DNA of 64,000 nt, from positions 16,440-80,439 of the forward strand of contig JALEJU010000032.1 in NCBI GenBank assembly GCA_022769485.1. The letters run 5' to 3'. This DNA comes from Bacillota bacterium. Its GTDB lineage: Bacteria > Bacillota > Clostridia > Peptostreptococcales > Anaerovoracaceae. Each line of letters begins with the position of its first letter. Position 1 is the first letter of the stretch. The notes beneath the pieces are model-generated. The model was not told the origin of the DNA, searched no databases, and saw nothing but the letters and a program-made list of their open reading frames with translations. The position numbers were made by a program, and so were the translations under genes. This document shows positions 20,903 to 30,150 of this stretch, piece after piece.

Positions 20903-21100
20903 TCCGTTGTTTACAGCAGACGATTGCTGAAATTCAGATAACAAGCTCCTCATAGGGCAGGCGGCCGGAAAAGGCTGCGAAGCTGCGTCTGCGGGGAGTC
21001 TTGTTATATTGAAAAAAACGTAACGGGAAACGACGGAAATCGTTGCTGTTTTAAGTATAAAAATCGCAAAAAAGGAAAGCATACCTTTGGGGTGATTTTT

Positions 21101-21538
21101 ATGATCGGTGTAATTATGAGTGCGATTGCGGGAGCTGCTATGAGCTTTCAGGGAGTTATCAATACGCGCTTAAGTGATAAAATCGGACTGTATGAATCCA
21201 ATGCATTCGTGCAGGGAACTGCTTTCCTATTGGGACTGATAGCCTGTTGGATGTTGGGAAAGGGAGACTTTTCGGGAATTCGGCAGGTTCCCTGGATCTA
21301 TTGGACCGGCGGCGTTCTCGGTCTTATTATTACAATTACGGTTATGCTGGGAATCGGAAATCTGAGTCCCACATACGCCATTTCTATTATTCTGATTACG
21401 CAGCTTCTGGTTGCAGCCATTATCGACGCATTCGGCTTGTTGGGATCGGAAAAAGTTCCTTTTGTCTGGACTAAATGGCTGGGGCTGGCGCTTATGATTG
21501 CAGGAGTGTTAGCGTTTAAATGGGAAACGAAAGGATAG
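21101..21538 (+). CDS. DMT-superfamily membrane protein (DUF606 / YdcZ-like)
   Basis: About 145 aa with four to five hydrophobic helices and the QGVINTRL motif typical of the DUF606 family. The start is uncertain: 21092, 21101 or 21116. Confidence 0.65.
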   Translation: MIGVIMSAIAGAAMSFQGVINTRLSDKIGLYESNAFVQGTAFLLGLIACWMLGKGDFSGIRQVPWIYWTGGVLGLIITITVMLGIGNLSPTYAISIILITQLLVAAIIDAFGLLGSEKVPFVWTKWLGLALMIAGVLAFKWETKG

Positions 21539-21540
21539 AA

Positions 21541-21577
21541 AGCAGGAGCATTTTGCGGAAATGCTCCTGCTTTCTTT
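21541..21577 (+). terminator. intrinsic terminator
   Basis: AGCAGGAGCAT (21541-21551) pairs with ATGCTCCTGCT (21561-21571), followed by TTCTTT. Confidence 0.7.
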
Positions 21578-21658
21578 GTGCTATAATGGAAGCAGGCAGA
21601 GAATTTTATTTGTTGAACTTACAGGTGAATAAAGACGGAAAAGGAAGGTTTTGCGGAA

Positions 21659-22057
21659 ATGAAGAAACATTGCAAAGGATTGGGGCATATTGCGATTTAT
21701 ACGAAAGATATAGGGCAGAGTATTGCTTTTTATGAAAAGATAGGCGGGAAATTGCACAAAAGCGAGACGCTTTCTGTCCCCGAGGGAGAAAAAAGGCTGG
21801 CATTGGTGGAATTCGCAGGGATTTTGCTGGAGTTCATTCAGCCGCCGATTACGGAGACCTGGGAGGAAGGAGTTATTTCACATTTTGCGGTCTATGTGGA
21901 TGATGTAGATGCTGCGGTCGAAGAATTGAAAACTGTCGGAGTAGATACGTTTATCGGAATGGAAAAGAAGGTGCTCCCGCATTTATTCGGCGGTCTGGAA
22001 AACCGCTTTTTTACCGGTCCGTCCGGAGAAAAAATTGAACTTTTAAAGATGTTGTAA
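21659..22057 (+). CDS. VOC-family (glyoxalase/bleomycin-resistance fold) protein
   Basis: 132 aa with LGHIAIYTKDI...HFAVYVDD, the paired beta-alpha-beta-beta-beta pattern of glyoxalase I-like proteins. Confidence 0.8.
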   Translation: MKKHCKGLGHIAIYTKDIGQSIAFYEKIGGKLHKSETLSVPEGEKRLALVEFAGILLEFIQPPITETWEEGVISHFAVYVDDVDAAVEELKTVGVDTFIGMEKKVLPHLFGGLENRFFTGPSGEKIELLKML

Positions 22058-22062
22058 AAGAA

Positions 22063-22100
22063 AAGAGAGGTTGGTTTACAGGTAAACCAACCTCTCTTTT
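22063..22100. terminator. bidirectional terminator between convergent VOC and cls genes
   Basis: A 16-bp perfect stem: AAGAGAGGTTGGTTTA pairs with TAAACCAACCTCTCTT, flanked by A and T runs. Confidence 0.8.
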
Positions 22101-23570
22101 TTAAAGAAGATCGGATAGGAGTCGGGAAACCGACTCTTTAAATTTAATCAGAGCAGAACGTTTTTTGTATTCGGATTTGGTAAGCTCTTTGCAAGAAGCC
22201 ATATCAGATTCAAAAATAGATTCCAGTTTGTAGACCTCGCTTTCATCATACAGGAACGCGTTGGCTTCGAAATTCAGCTTAAAGCTTCGGATATCGAAGT
22301 TGGAAGAACCTACCGAAGCCACTTCTCCGTCTACGCATACGGTTTTAGCATGCAGGAAACCGTCTTCGTAAATAAAGATACGGGCGCCGTCGTTTAAAAG
22401 TTCTCCCACATAGGATAGTGTGGCCCAGTAAACGAACATATGATCCGGCATGCAGGGGATCATAATGCGTACGTCAACACCGGAATAAACTGCAGTTCGC
22501 AAGGCTTCGATAAGGCTTACATCCGGAACGAAATAGGGGGTTTGGATGTAGATGTTTTTCTTTGCGGAAGTGATCATTTTCAGGAAGCTTTGCTTGATCT
22601 GTGTCTTTTCCGAATCGGGACCGGAAGAAACGATTTGAATACCTGTAGAGCCCATGGGGCAGACTTCGCCGTAATATACGGAGGGAAGAAGCAGATCTTC
22701 TCCGGACGCAAAGCGCCAGTCCAGCAGAAAACGGGCGTTGATATCCTGTACGGCGCTTCCCATTAAACGAAGATGCGTATCCCGCCAGTTTCCGAACTTC
22801 TTGCTTTTCCCTAAGTATTCGTTTCCCACATTATAGCCGCCGATGTATCCGATTTGTCCGTCGATGACTACAATTTTACGGTGATTCCGATAGTTCAATT
22901 TAAGGTTCACATATTTTAAAAATTTGATGCGGGGCGGGAAAAAGTAAGCGAATTTTCCGCCTGCCCGGCGAAGCTGCAGAAGCATGGAATCGCGAATCTG
23001 CCGGCTTCCCATAGCGTCGATAAGAAAACGCACTTCTACCCCTTCCTTTGCTTTTTCTGTTAAAGCATGGATCAACGCACGGCCTAATGCGTCGTTTTTT
23101 ACAATGAAATACATGATGTTGATAGATTTCTTTGCCTCGCGAATATCCTTTAACAGAGATTCAAATTTATGAGAACCGTTGGTAAAAACGGTAACCATGT
23201 TGTTCTGGGTATAAAACGCGTCATCGTACGACTGGTTCAGCAGGATCATATCCTGCCATTTCTTCGCGGCCTCGTTGGAAAAAGAAAATTCTTTTCGGCG
23301 GATCGCACTGCTCTGTTCCTGCAAAGCGGAATCCAGTATGGTATGTTCGTAATTTGTCAGCCGGAAAATACGCTGGCGGTAGATATTCTGGGATAAAAAA
23401 ATGTAGAGCAGAATGCCTATGCCGGGAACCATGAACAGAATTAAAAGCCAGGCCAGCGCTGCCGAAGGATTTTTCCGCTCAATAAAGATGATCGTTAAGG
23501 CAATTAAGAAACTGATCGCATATAAAATTACGAAAAAATTGGATAAGGTAAAATGATTTGCTACAGACAT
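22101..23570 (-). CDS. cls: cardiolipin synthase
   Basis: Two N-terminal TM helices and two phospholipase-D HKD motifs (NHRKIVVIDG and LHAKTVCVDG). Confidence 0.9.
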   Translation of the reverse strand: MSVANHFTLSNFFVILYAISFLIALTIIFIERKNPSAALAWLLILFMVPGIGILLYIFLSQNIYRQRIFRLTNYEHTILDSALQEQSSAIRRKEFSFSNEAAKKWQDMILLNQSYDDAFYTQNNMVTVFTNGSHKFESLLKDIREAKKSINIMYFIVKNDALGRALIHALTEKAKEGVEVRFLIDAMGSRQIRDSMLLQLRRAGGKFAYFFPPRIKFLKYVNLKLNYRNHRKIVVIDGQIGYIGGYNVGNEYLGKSKKFGNWRDTHLRLMGSAVQDINARFLLDWRFASGEDLLLPSVYYGEVCPMGSTGIQIVSSGPDSEKTQIKQSFLKMITSAKKNIYIQTPYFVPDVSLIEALRTAVYSGVDVRIMIPCMPDHMFVYWATLSYVGELLNDGARIFIYEDGFLHAKTVCVDGEVASVGSSNFDIRSFKLNFEANAFLYDESEVYKLESIFESDMASCKELTKSEYKKRSALIKFKESVSRLLSDLL

Positions 23571-23618
23571 TTCAAAAACCTCAAAAAATACGCCCTTTTA
23601 AAAAAGGGCGCACATCAT

Positions 23619-23945
23619 TTAGAGTAAAGAATTTATGATCTCTTCGCATTCAGGCTGAGCCAAAGCGCCGGTTACTCTCTTGGAAAGTTCCCCGTTTTTC
23701 AGGAAAAACAGAGTGGGAATACTCAGCACCTTGTTGCTGACAGCTAATTTTCGATGCGCGTCAATATCGATCTTACAGATTTTAACCCGGTCGCCGTATT
23801 TTTCCGCTAATGCTTCCATTACCGGACTTAAAGCCTGGCAAGGGCCGCACCAGTCGGCGTAAAAATCGATTACAACCGGTACGCTGCACTGATTTACTTC
23901 TTCTTCGTACGTTTCAGGTGTCAAATAGACAATTTTATCAGACAT
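23619..23945 (-). CDS. trxA: thioredoxin
   Basis: 108 aa with the WCGPC active site. Confidence 0.9.
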   Translation of the reverse strand: MSDKIVYLTPETYEEEVNQCSVPVVIDFYADWCGPCQALSPVMEALAEKYGDRVKICKIDIDAHRKLAVSNKVLSIPTLFFLKNGELSKRVTGALAQPECEEIINSLL

Positions 23946-24087
23946 GTAAAAAATTCCTCCTAAATCAATGGATTACTAATATTTTTTCGGTGGAAATTGT
24001 ATCTAATATGCATATCTCCAAACTATTTAATAAATAGTTTACCATAAATTTAGAAGTTAATCACCCTATTTTTGCGCTTTTCATACT

Positions 24088-24657
24088 TTATTCTTTACAG
24101 GAAGGAATGCAGAGTTGCGTTCCGATGCGCAGATTGTACGGGTTTAAAGAAGGGTTAGCTCTCATCAGGGCATCCAATGTGATTCGGTACTGTTTTGCGA
24201 TCATGTACAAGGTATCGCCTGCGGCTACAATATGGGTATCCGCACATTCCATGGGATAAGGCGGGCGGGGAACCGTATTCTGAGGCTTGTCAGAAACGGG
24301 AGGCATCGGACAGGTTTCCCGATGTACCGGCATTTGCTGATTCGAAGCATTCGGTGTTTCCTGAGCGCGGGGCTCAGGGGAAGGCATTTCCGCAGAGGAA
24401 GAATCCGCGGGATCGGGATCGTTTCTTGGCATTTCCCCGGGCTGGAAAGGAATGCAGATTTTCTGTCCGATTTTCAGATTATAAGGATTTAAGACCCGAT
24501 TGGCCTGCATAAGCAGCGATACGGGAATGTCATAGTGTTGCGCAATCATGTACAGAGTATCTCCGGCTTCAACCACATAAATATCCTTACAGGGGAACGG
24601 ATTGGGTCTCTGCACGGGAATACCGGGAGTGCAGCAAGATGTAAGTGTTTCAGACAT
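24088..24657 (-). CDS. protein with two LysM domains and a Pro-rich linker (SafA-like spore-coat candidate)
   Basis: Two LysM repeats (YVVEAGDTLYMIAQHYDIPVSLLMQANR and HIVAAGDTLYMIAKQYRITLDALMRANP). The internal ATG at 24657 is preceded by AAGAGGTGA. The longer ORF-track version overlaps the divergent M50 gene. Confidence 0.75.
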   Translation of the reverse strand: MSETLTSCCTPGIPVQRPNPFPCKDIYVVEAGDTLYMIAQHYDIPVSLLMQANRVLNPYNLKIGQKICIPFQPGEMPRNDPDPADSSSAEMPSPEPRAQETPNASNQQMPVHRETCPMPPVSDKPQNTVPRPPYPMECADTHIVAAGDTLYMIAKQYRITLDALMRANPSLNPYNLRIGTQLCIPSCKE

Positions 24658-24795
24658 AATATCAATCACCTCTTTAATGGAACTACTTGCAGCGGTTTCG
24701 GAAAGATGAGAATTTACCGCTTTTCCTTCAATATATTTGCAGGAAAGAAGAAATGTGATAGAATACGGAAAAGAAAGAAGAAAGGAATCAATGTC

Positions 24796-25512
24796 TTGAA
24801 ACGTTTTTTTCAAAACCCATTGGCGATTATTCTGATTTTGTTTATGACCTATACTGCCGTGTTCAGCGGGCGCTATGACGGCCCGATGGATTGGCTGATC
24901 AGTACGCTGCTTTTTCTGCCGGGAATTCTGATCGGACTGTCGTTCCATGAATTCGGTCACGCTTTTGTTGCCTGGAAATGCGGGGATGATACGCCCCGGC
25001 TGCAGGGGAGGGTGACTACAAATCCCATTGCCCATATTGATCCCATCGGGTTTATCGCACTTTTGTTTATTGGATTCGGCTGGGGAAAACCGGTAATGGT
25101 CAATCCGAATAATTTCAAAAAAATGCGCAGAGACGAGCTCCTGGTGGATTTGGCCGGCGTTACGATGAATTTAATCCTTGCCGTTGCCTTTACCGGAATC
25201 TGGCGTTTACTGGCGCAGTTTTTCCCGGAGTTTCTGGCGAGCTCTATGGGAAGTATTGTAAACGAAATTGTTTTCAATGTGGTTTATATCAATATCGTTC
25301 TGATGGTTTTCAATCTGCTGCCGGTACCTCCGTTAGACGGTTTTAATGTGGTTACTGAGATTTTCAACCTTCGGAATACTTCTCTGTATTATACGATTTA
25401 CAACAACGGATTTTTGATCCTGATGCTTTTGATTTTGTTTGATATAACAGACCGCATTCTTACCCCTGCGGTAATCTGGTGTTTTGATACGCTGGTTATG
25501 CTTTTCTTTTAG
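24796..25512 (+). CDS. M50-family (site-2 protease-like) membrane metalloprotease
   Basis: HEFGHA zinc motif, NLLPVPPLDG motif, and multiple TM helices. The TTG start at 24796 (with an AGAAAGGAA RBS) is my choice. The upstream part of the ORF is antisense to the LysM gene. Confidence 0.7.
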   Translation: MKRFFQNPLAIILILFMTYTAVFSGRYDGPMDWLISTLLFLPGILIGLSFHEFGHAFVAWKCGDDTPRLQGRVTTNPIAHIDPIGFIALLFIGFGWGKPVMVNPNNFKKMRRDELLVDLAGVTMNLILAVAFTGIWRLLAQFFPEFLASSMGSIVNEIVFNVVYINIVLMVFNLLPVPPLDGFNVVTEIFNLRNTSLYYTIYNNGFLILMLLILFDITDRILTPAVIWCFDTLVMLFF

Positions 25513-25537
25513 TTGTTGTTTTAGGAAATAAAATAAA

Positions 25538-25564
25538 TTAGCACTCTTATAATGAGAGTGCTAA
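25538..25564 (+). promoter_or_regulatory. CIRCE operator (HrcA binding site) upstream of clpB
   Basis: TTAGCACTC-N9-GAGTGCTAA matches the CIRCE consensus inverted repeat exactly. It lies about 100 nt upstream of the clpB start. Confidence 0.85.
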
Positions 25565-25663
25565 TTTTTATGTTTATAAAAGGGAAAAGGTGGTATAAAT
25601 CATACGTAAACAGCGAAGATAAAAGAAAGCGCTGTGAAAAGGGTCAGGAAAGGAGTTTGGACT

Positions 25664-28246
25664 ATGAACTTTGAGAAATATACACAAAAGGCACAGGGCG
25701 CCGTTTTGGATTGTCAGAATATAGCTGTTCGTGAAGGAAATCAGCAAGTGGATGGAGAGCATCTCCATCTGGCGCTGTTGGAGCAGGAAGACGGCTTGAT
25801 TCCCAAGCTGCTGGAAAATATGGGAATAAACCGCGCGGCTTTTCAATCGGAAGTGGCGGATGAAATTGCGAAGCTCCCGAAAGTACAAGGAGGAAATGAT
25901 TCCATTTACAGCTCTGCACGGCTGAGCCGCATTTTCATGAACGCGGAAAAGATCGCAGGGGATTTTAAAGACGAATACGTCAGCGTAGAACATTTATATT
26001 TGGCTTTAATCGAAGAAAAAGCCACGCCCTCGGCAAAAATTTTTAAGCGGCACGGCATAAGCAAGGAAGCGTTTTTACAGGCTTTAAGCAAGGTGCGGGG
26101 AAATCAGAGGGTAACCGGCGATAATCCGGAGGACAACTACGACGCTTTAAATAAATACGGGAGAGATCTGGTAGAAGCGGCAAGACAGGGGAAATTGGAT
26201 CCGGTTATCGGAAGGGACAGCGAAATTCGGCATACGATTCAGATTCTGTCCAGAAGAACGAAAAATAATCCGGTTCTCATCGGAGAGCCGGGCGTAGGCA
26301 AGACGGCAGTGGTAGAGGGACTGGCACAGAGAATTTTAAACGGGGACGTGCCGGAAGGCTTGAAAGATAAAACCATCTACGCACTGGATATGGGCGCATT
26401 GATTGCAGGTGCGAAGTTCCGCGGAGAATTTGAAGAACGTTTGAAAGCAGTCTTGAATGAAATCGAAAAATCCGAGGGACGGATTCTGCTTTTCATTGAC
26501 GAGATCCACAATATTGTAGGCGCAGGGCGGACAGAGGGCTCTATGGACGCTGGGAATCTCTTGAAACCGAAACTGGCCAGAGGAGAACTGCACTGCATCG
26601 GCGCGACTACTTTGGACGAGTATCGGAAATACATCGAGAAAGACGCGGCGCTGGAACGTCGTTTCCAAAAAGTTCTGGTAGATCAGCCTACGGTAGAAGA
26701 TACGATATCCATTTTGAGGGGCTTAAAAGAACGCTTTGAAATTCATCATGGCGTGCGGATTACAGACAATGCGCTGATCGCCTGCGCGGTGCTGTCCGAC
26801 CGGTATATCAGCGACCGTTTTCTTCCGGATAAGGCCATTGACTTGATGGACGAAGCGGCCTCTATGATCCGTACGGAGATCGACTCCATGCCTGCAGAAC
26901 TGGATGAATGCGCGCGGAAAATTATGCAGCTGGAAATCGAAAAACAGGCGCTGGGAAAGGAAGCGGATTCTGCTTCCAAGGTGAGACTGGAAAATATCGA
27001 AAAGGAATTGTCACAGCTGAAAGAAAAGAATTCCAATATGCGGGCACAATGGGAAAACGAAAAGAAAGGCATTACGGAATTAAAAGCCGCGAAGCAGGAA
27101 ATCGAGGATGTTAAACTGCAGATTGAGGAAGCGGAACGGGCGTATAATCTGGAAAAACTGGCGGAGCTGAAGTACGGAAAGCTTCCGGAATTGGAACGCA
27201 AGGTAGAGGAAGAGAAAGCGAAGGTAGAGCAGAGCCAGGAAAACCGCCTGTTGAAGGAAGAAGTGGACGAAGAAGAAATTGCGGAAGTAGTTTCCAAGTG
27301 GACGGGTATTCCGGTCAGTAAGCTGGTTGAGGGCGAGCGGGAAAAACTGCTGCGTTTGGGCGAAGAACTGCATAAGCGGGTAATCGGTCAGGATGAAGCG
27401 GTAAAGGCCGTAGCCGAGGCTGTTTTAAGAGCCAGAGCCGGCTTAAAGGACGAGAACCGACCCATCGGCTCCTTTATCTTCTTAGGACCTACGGGGGTAG
27501 GTAAAACCGAATTGGCGAAAGCGTTGTCAGAAGCGCTGTTTGACAGCGAAAAGAATATGATTCGAATCGACATGTCGGAATATATGGAAAAGCATTCTGT
27601 TTCCAGACTGGTGGGAGCGCCTCCGGGATATGTAGGGTATGACGAAGGCGGTCAGCTGACGGAAGCGGTACGGCGCAGACCTTACAGTGTAATCCTGTTC
27701 GATGAAATCGAAAAAGCTCATCCGGACGTATTCAATATTCTGCTGCAGTTGCTGGATGACGGACGGCTGACAGATAATCAGGGACGAACCGTTGATTTTA
27801 AAAATACCATCGTTATTATGACTTCCAACTTAGGAAGCGCATATTTGACGGAAAATATTTCTGCCGACGGCAAAATTTCCGAAGATGTAAAAGAAAAGGT
27901 TACTGAAGAGATGAAACGGAATTTCCGCCCGGAATTCATTAACCGAATCGACGATATTGTAGTATTTGCGCCCTTGACTGAAGATCAGATTAAGCAGATT
28001 ATCGACCTGGCGGCGGAGCAGATTCGGGCAAGACTGGAAGACAAAGGCATGAGCCTGGTTATCACCGATGCGGCCAAAACGCTGATTGCAGAGGAATCTT
28101 ACTCGCCGGCATATGGCGCAAGGCCTGTAAAACGGTATCTGCAAAAGCATTTGGAGACGGCCATTGCGGAAAAGATCATCCGGGGCGAAGTCAAAGAAGG
28201 AGGCGTTATTACCGTAGATGCCAAAGACGGCGAGTTGGTTGTATAA
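25664..28246 (+). CDS. clpB: ATP-dependent chaperone ClpB
   Basis: A Clp N-domain, two AAA+ modules (GEPGVGKT and GPTGVGKT), and a long coiled-coil middle domain. The start is at ATG 25664, after AGGAAAGGAG. Confidence 0.95.
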   Translation: MNFEKYTQKAQGAVLDCQNIAVREGNQQVDGEHLHLALLEQEDGLIPKLLENMGINRAAFQSEVADEIAKLPKVQGGNDSIYSSARLSRIFMNAEKIAGDFKDEYVSVEHLYLALIEEKATPSAKIFKRHGISKEAFLQALSKVRGNQRVTGDNPEDNYDALNKYGRDLVEAARQGKLDPVIGRDSEIRHTIQILSRRTKNNPVLIGEPGVGKTAVVEGLAQRILNGDVPEGLKDKTIYALDMGALIAGAKFRGEFEERLKAVLNEIEKSEGRILLFIDEIHNIVGAGRTEGSMDAGNLLKPKLARGELHCIGATTLDEYRKYIEKDAALERRFQKVLVDQPTVEDTISILRGLKERFEIHHGVRITDNALIACAVLSDRYISDRFLPDKAIDLMDEAASMIRTEIDSMPAELDECARKIMQLEIEKQALGKEADSASKVRLENIEKELSQLKEKNSNMRAQWENEKKGITELKAAKQEIEDVKLQIEEAERAYNLEKLAELKYGKLPELERKVEEEKAKVEQSQENRLLKEEVDEEEIAEVVSKWTGIPVSKLVEGEREKLLRLGEELHKRVIGQDEAVKAVAEAVLRARAGLKDENRPIGSFIFLGPTGVGKTELAKALSEALFDSEKNMIRIDMSEYMEKHSVSRLVGAPPGYVGYDEGGQLTEAVRRRPYSVILFDEIEKAHPDVFNILLQLLDDGRLTDNQGRTVDFKNTIVIMTSNLGSAYLTENISADGKISEDVKEKVTEEMKRNFRPEFINRIDDIVVFAPLTEDQIKQIIDLAAEQIRARLEDKGMSLVITDAAKTLIAEESYSPAYGARPVKRYLQKHLETAIAEKIIRGEVKEGGVITVDAKDGELVV

Positions 28247-28273
28247 CATAAAAAATTTATGATCTTTCTGTGT

Positions 28274-28303
28274 AAGGGGGGCGGCAGGAGCCGCCCCCTT
28301 TCC
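28274..28303 (+). terminator. GC-rich hairpin after clpB
   Basis: AAGGGGGGCGGC pairs with GCCGCCCCCTT around an AGGA loop. The T-tract is weak. Confidence 0.55.
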
Positions 28304-28455
28304 AATGTGATTGTTTCCGTTTTCTTAAAAAAGCTGTTCTGCTTTTCCGAGGATTGCAATCGGAGGCGGAATCGGATAAAATAAAGGCGAAAGGAATTAT
28401 TTTGGAATTCCGGCGGTATTTCAAGCCGGGTGGAGCACAAATGGAGGTTTATTTT

Positions 28456-29190
28456 ATGGAATCCCATATTATTGTTACAGAAAGCGCCTCGAATCTTCGA
28501 TCCTTAGGGAGAAGATCGCTGGCGGGGAACTGGAAAGCAGCAGCGCTGATTTCGTTTTTGCTATTATTATTGGCGGCAGGCCCGCAGGTTCTTCTTTTTT
28601 ATCTGTTTGGTGAAAATCCGACAATGGAGTCGCTGAGCAATTTCTATTTGCTCTTGGTATATGGACCTTTGTACCTGGGATATGCAGGGTTTATCCGGTG
28701 TTTGGTTCGCCGGCAGGAAGCCCGTGTGGGGCAGCTGTTTGACGGCTTTGAAATGTTTTTAAAAGCCTTTTCGCTGTATTTCATGATGATTTTATTTACG
28801 ACATTATGGACTTTCCTGTTGGTGATTCCCGGCATTATCGCATCGTACCGGTATTCGCTGGCGTTTTATCTGCTCCTGGACGATCCGGAAATGGGCGTTA
28901 TGGATGCTATCCGAAAAAGCAAGGATCTCATGTACGGGAACAAATGGAAGCTGTTTTGTCTGGATTTGTCCTTTATCGGCTGGAGCTTTCTTGCGGTGCT
29001 TACCTGCGGAATCGGATTTATCTGGGTTCTTCCTTACATGGAAACAAGTCGGTTTTCCTTCTATGAAATCATCGTTGGAAATTTAAAAATCCGACATGAA
29101 TATGTGGAAACGGAGGAGGCTTATGAACAGCCTGACAGCAGATCCGATGAAAGCGAAGAGCCGAAGTCGGAAGCGGACGAAATAAAATAA
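28456..29190 (+). CDS. DUF975-family membrane protein
   Basis: The N-terminal LGRRSLAGNWKAA pattern, four to five TM helices, and an acidic C-terminal tail fit DUF975. ATG 28456 is preceded by GGAGG. Confidence 0.65.
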   Translation: MESHIIVTESASNLRSLGRRSLAGNWKAAALISFLLLLLAAGPQVLLFYLFGENPTMESLSNFYLLLVYGPLYLGYAGFIRCLVRRQEARVGQLFDGFEMFLKAFSLYFMMILFTTLWTFLLVIPGIIASYRYSLAFYLLLDDPEMGVMDAIRKSKDLMYGNKWKLFCLDLSFIGWSFLAVLTCGIGFIWVLPYMETSRFSFYEIIVGNLKIRHEYVETEEAYEQPDSRSDESEEPKSEADEIK

Positions 29191-29294
29191 ACGTGCATGG
29201 TTTATAAAACAAACGGAGAAAATGCTGAGTGTTTTCAAACAAAACTTAATTACATTCGGTATTGTAATGGAGCTTTACAGACATCAATCGAAGA

Positions 29295-29663
29295 TTGGTG
29301 TCTGTTTTTCTTTGCATCCTCACATATGCTTATGAAACCGTTGGTAAAATTGATGGTGTTAAGGTATTACAGAAACTTGATAAAAGGGCAAGTGCGGGAC
29401 TGCCCGAAGAAGCTCATTCAAGTTCCGCTTACATACTGTTAAATAAAGACGGGGTCTTCCGTATGTATCGAGAATATGACGATAACCACTACCTTCGTTT
29501 TGAGATTGCATATCATCCCGAAAAGAACATCGATCCTTCTCGCAAACCCGTTTTGCACATTCACGAATACAAACCGGATAATTTTTCCGATAGAATTGCA
29601 AGGCCACTGACAAAGCAGGAATACGAGAAATACAAAAAATATTTTAAGGGGCTGACACGATGA
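29295..29663 (+). CDS. hypothetical protein, possibly a 5'-truncated remnant
   Basis: The ORF sits in a low-GC islet. It has only a TTG start, no convincing RBS, and an out-of-frame ORF (29197-29442) overlaps its 5' end. Its stop overlaps the next ATG as ATGA. Confidence 0.35.
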   Translation: MVSVFLCILTYAYETVGKIDGVKVLQKLDKRASAGLPEEAHSSSAYILLNKDGVFRMYREYDDNHYLRFEIAYHPEKNIDPSRKPVLHIHEYKPDNFSDRIARPLTKQEYEKYKKYFKGLTR

Positions 29664-29953
29664 CAGGTATGAGCATTAGCGAATTTATGGACAAAATATA
29701 TTACGGTGACGAAATCGAGTTTAAGATCGGCGACACGACATATTTTGTTCAAGGCAATCAAGATGGCGGCAAATTTTATTTGACCGTTGATTATTGGAAT
29801 GCCACAGACGGTTCCGAGCCGAAACACGATTATCTGCTCTCTTTTGAATGTGATAGTGCAGATGAGCGTATTCAGAAATTCGAGGAGGCAAATATTTTTG
29901 ACGGCAAAAATATTTATGAAATCGAATCTGCTATTGAAGTGGTATTCGGATAA
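29660..29953 (+). CDS. hypothetical 97-aa acidic protein
   Basis: It is translationally coupled to the previous ORF through an ATGA overlap, and a terminator hairpin follows (CGGCAG...CTGCCG then TTTTT, about 29962-29995). Confidence 0.5.
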   Translation: MTGMSISEFMDKIYYGDEIEFKIGDTTYFVQGNQDGGKFYLTVDYWNATDGSEPKHDYLLSFECDSADERIQKFEEANIFDGKNIYEIESAIEVVFG

Positions 29954-30150
29954 AACTCTCACGGCAGGGGTTTGTTCTCTGCCGCGGTTTTTCTATTATG
30001 CGGAATTATCGTAAACGATACCTCCGGAACAGAAAACCAAGTCTGCTTGCGGAAATTTAATCGCCGGAGACGACTTTCTTATAGTGCAGAATTCCTTTTT
30101 CGGCGCATAGAATAGATGAGCCAGAAAAAAATAGAAAAAGGAGGATGCTT

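Noticed and set aside
24658-25035. N-terminal 126-codon extension of the LysM protein ORF, and the 24535-24795 extension of the M50 protease ORF
   Set aside because: The two extensions are antisense to each other's genes and lack family features. In both cases an internal start with a good RBS gives a protein matching the expected domain boundaries.
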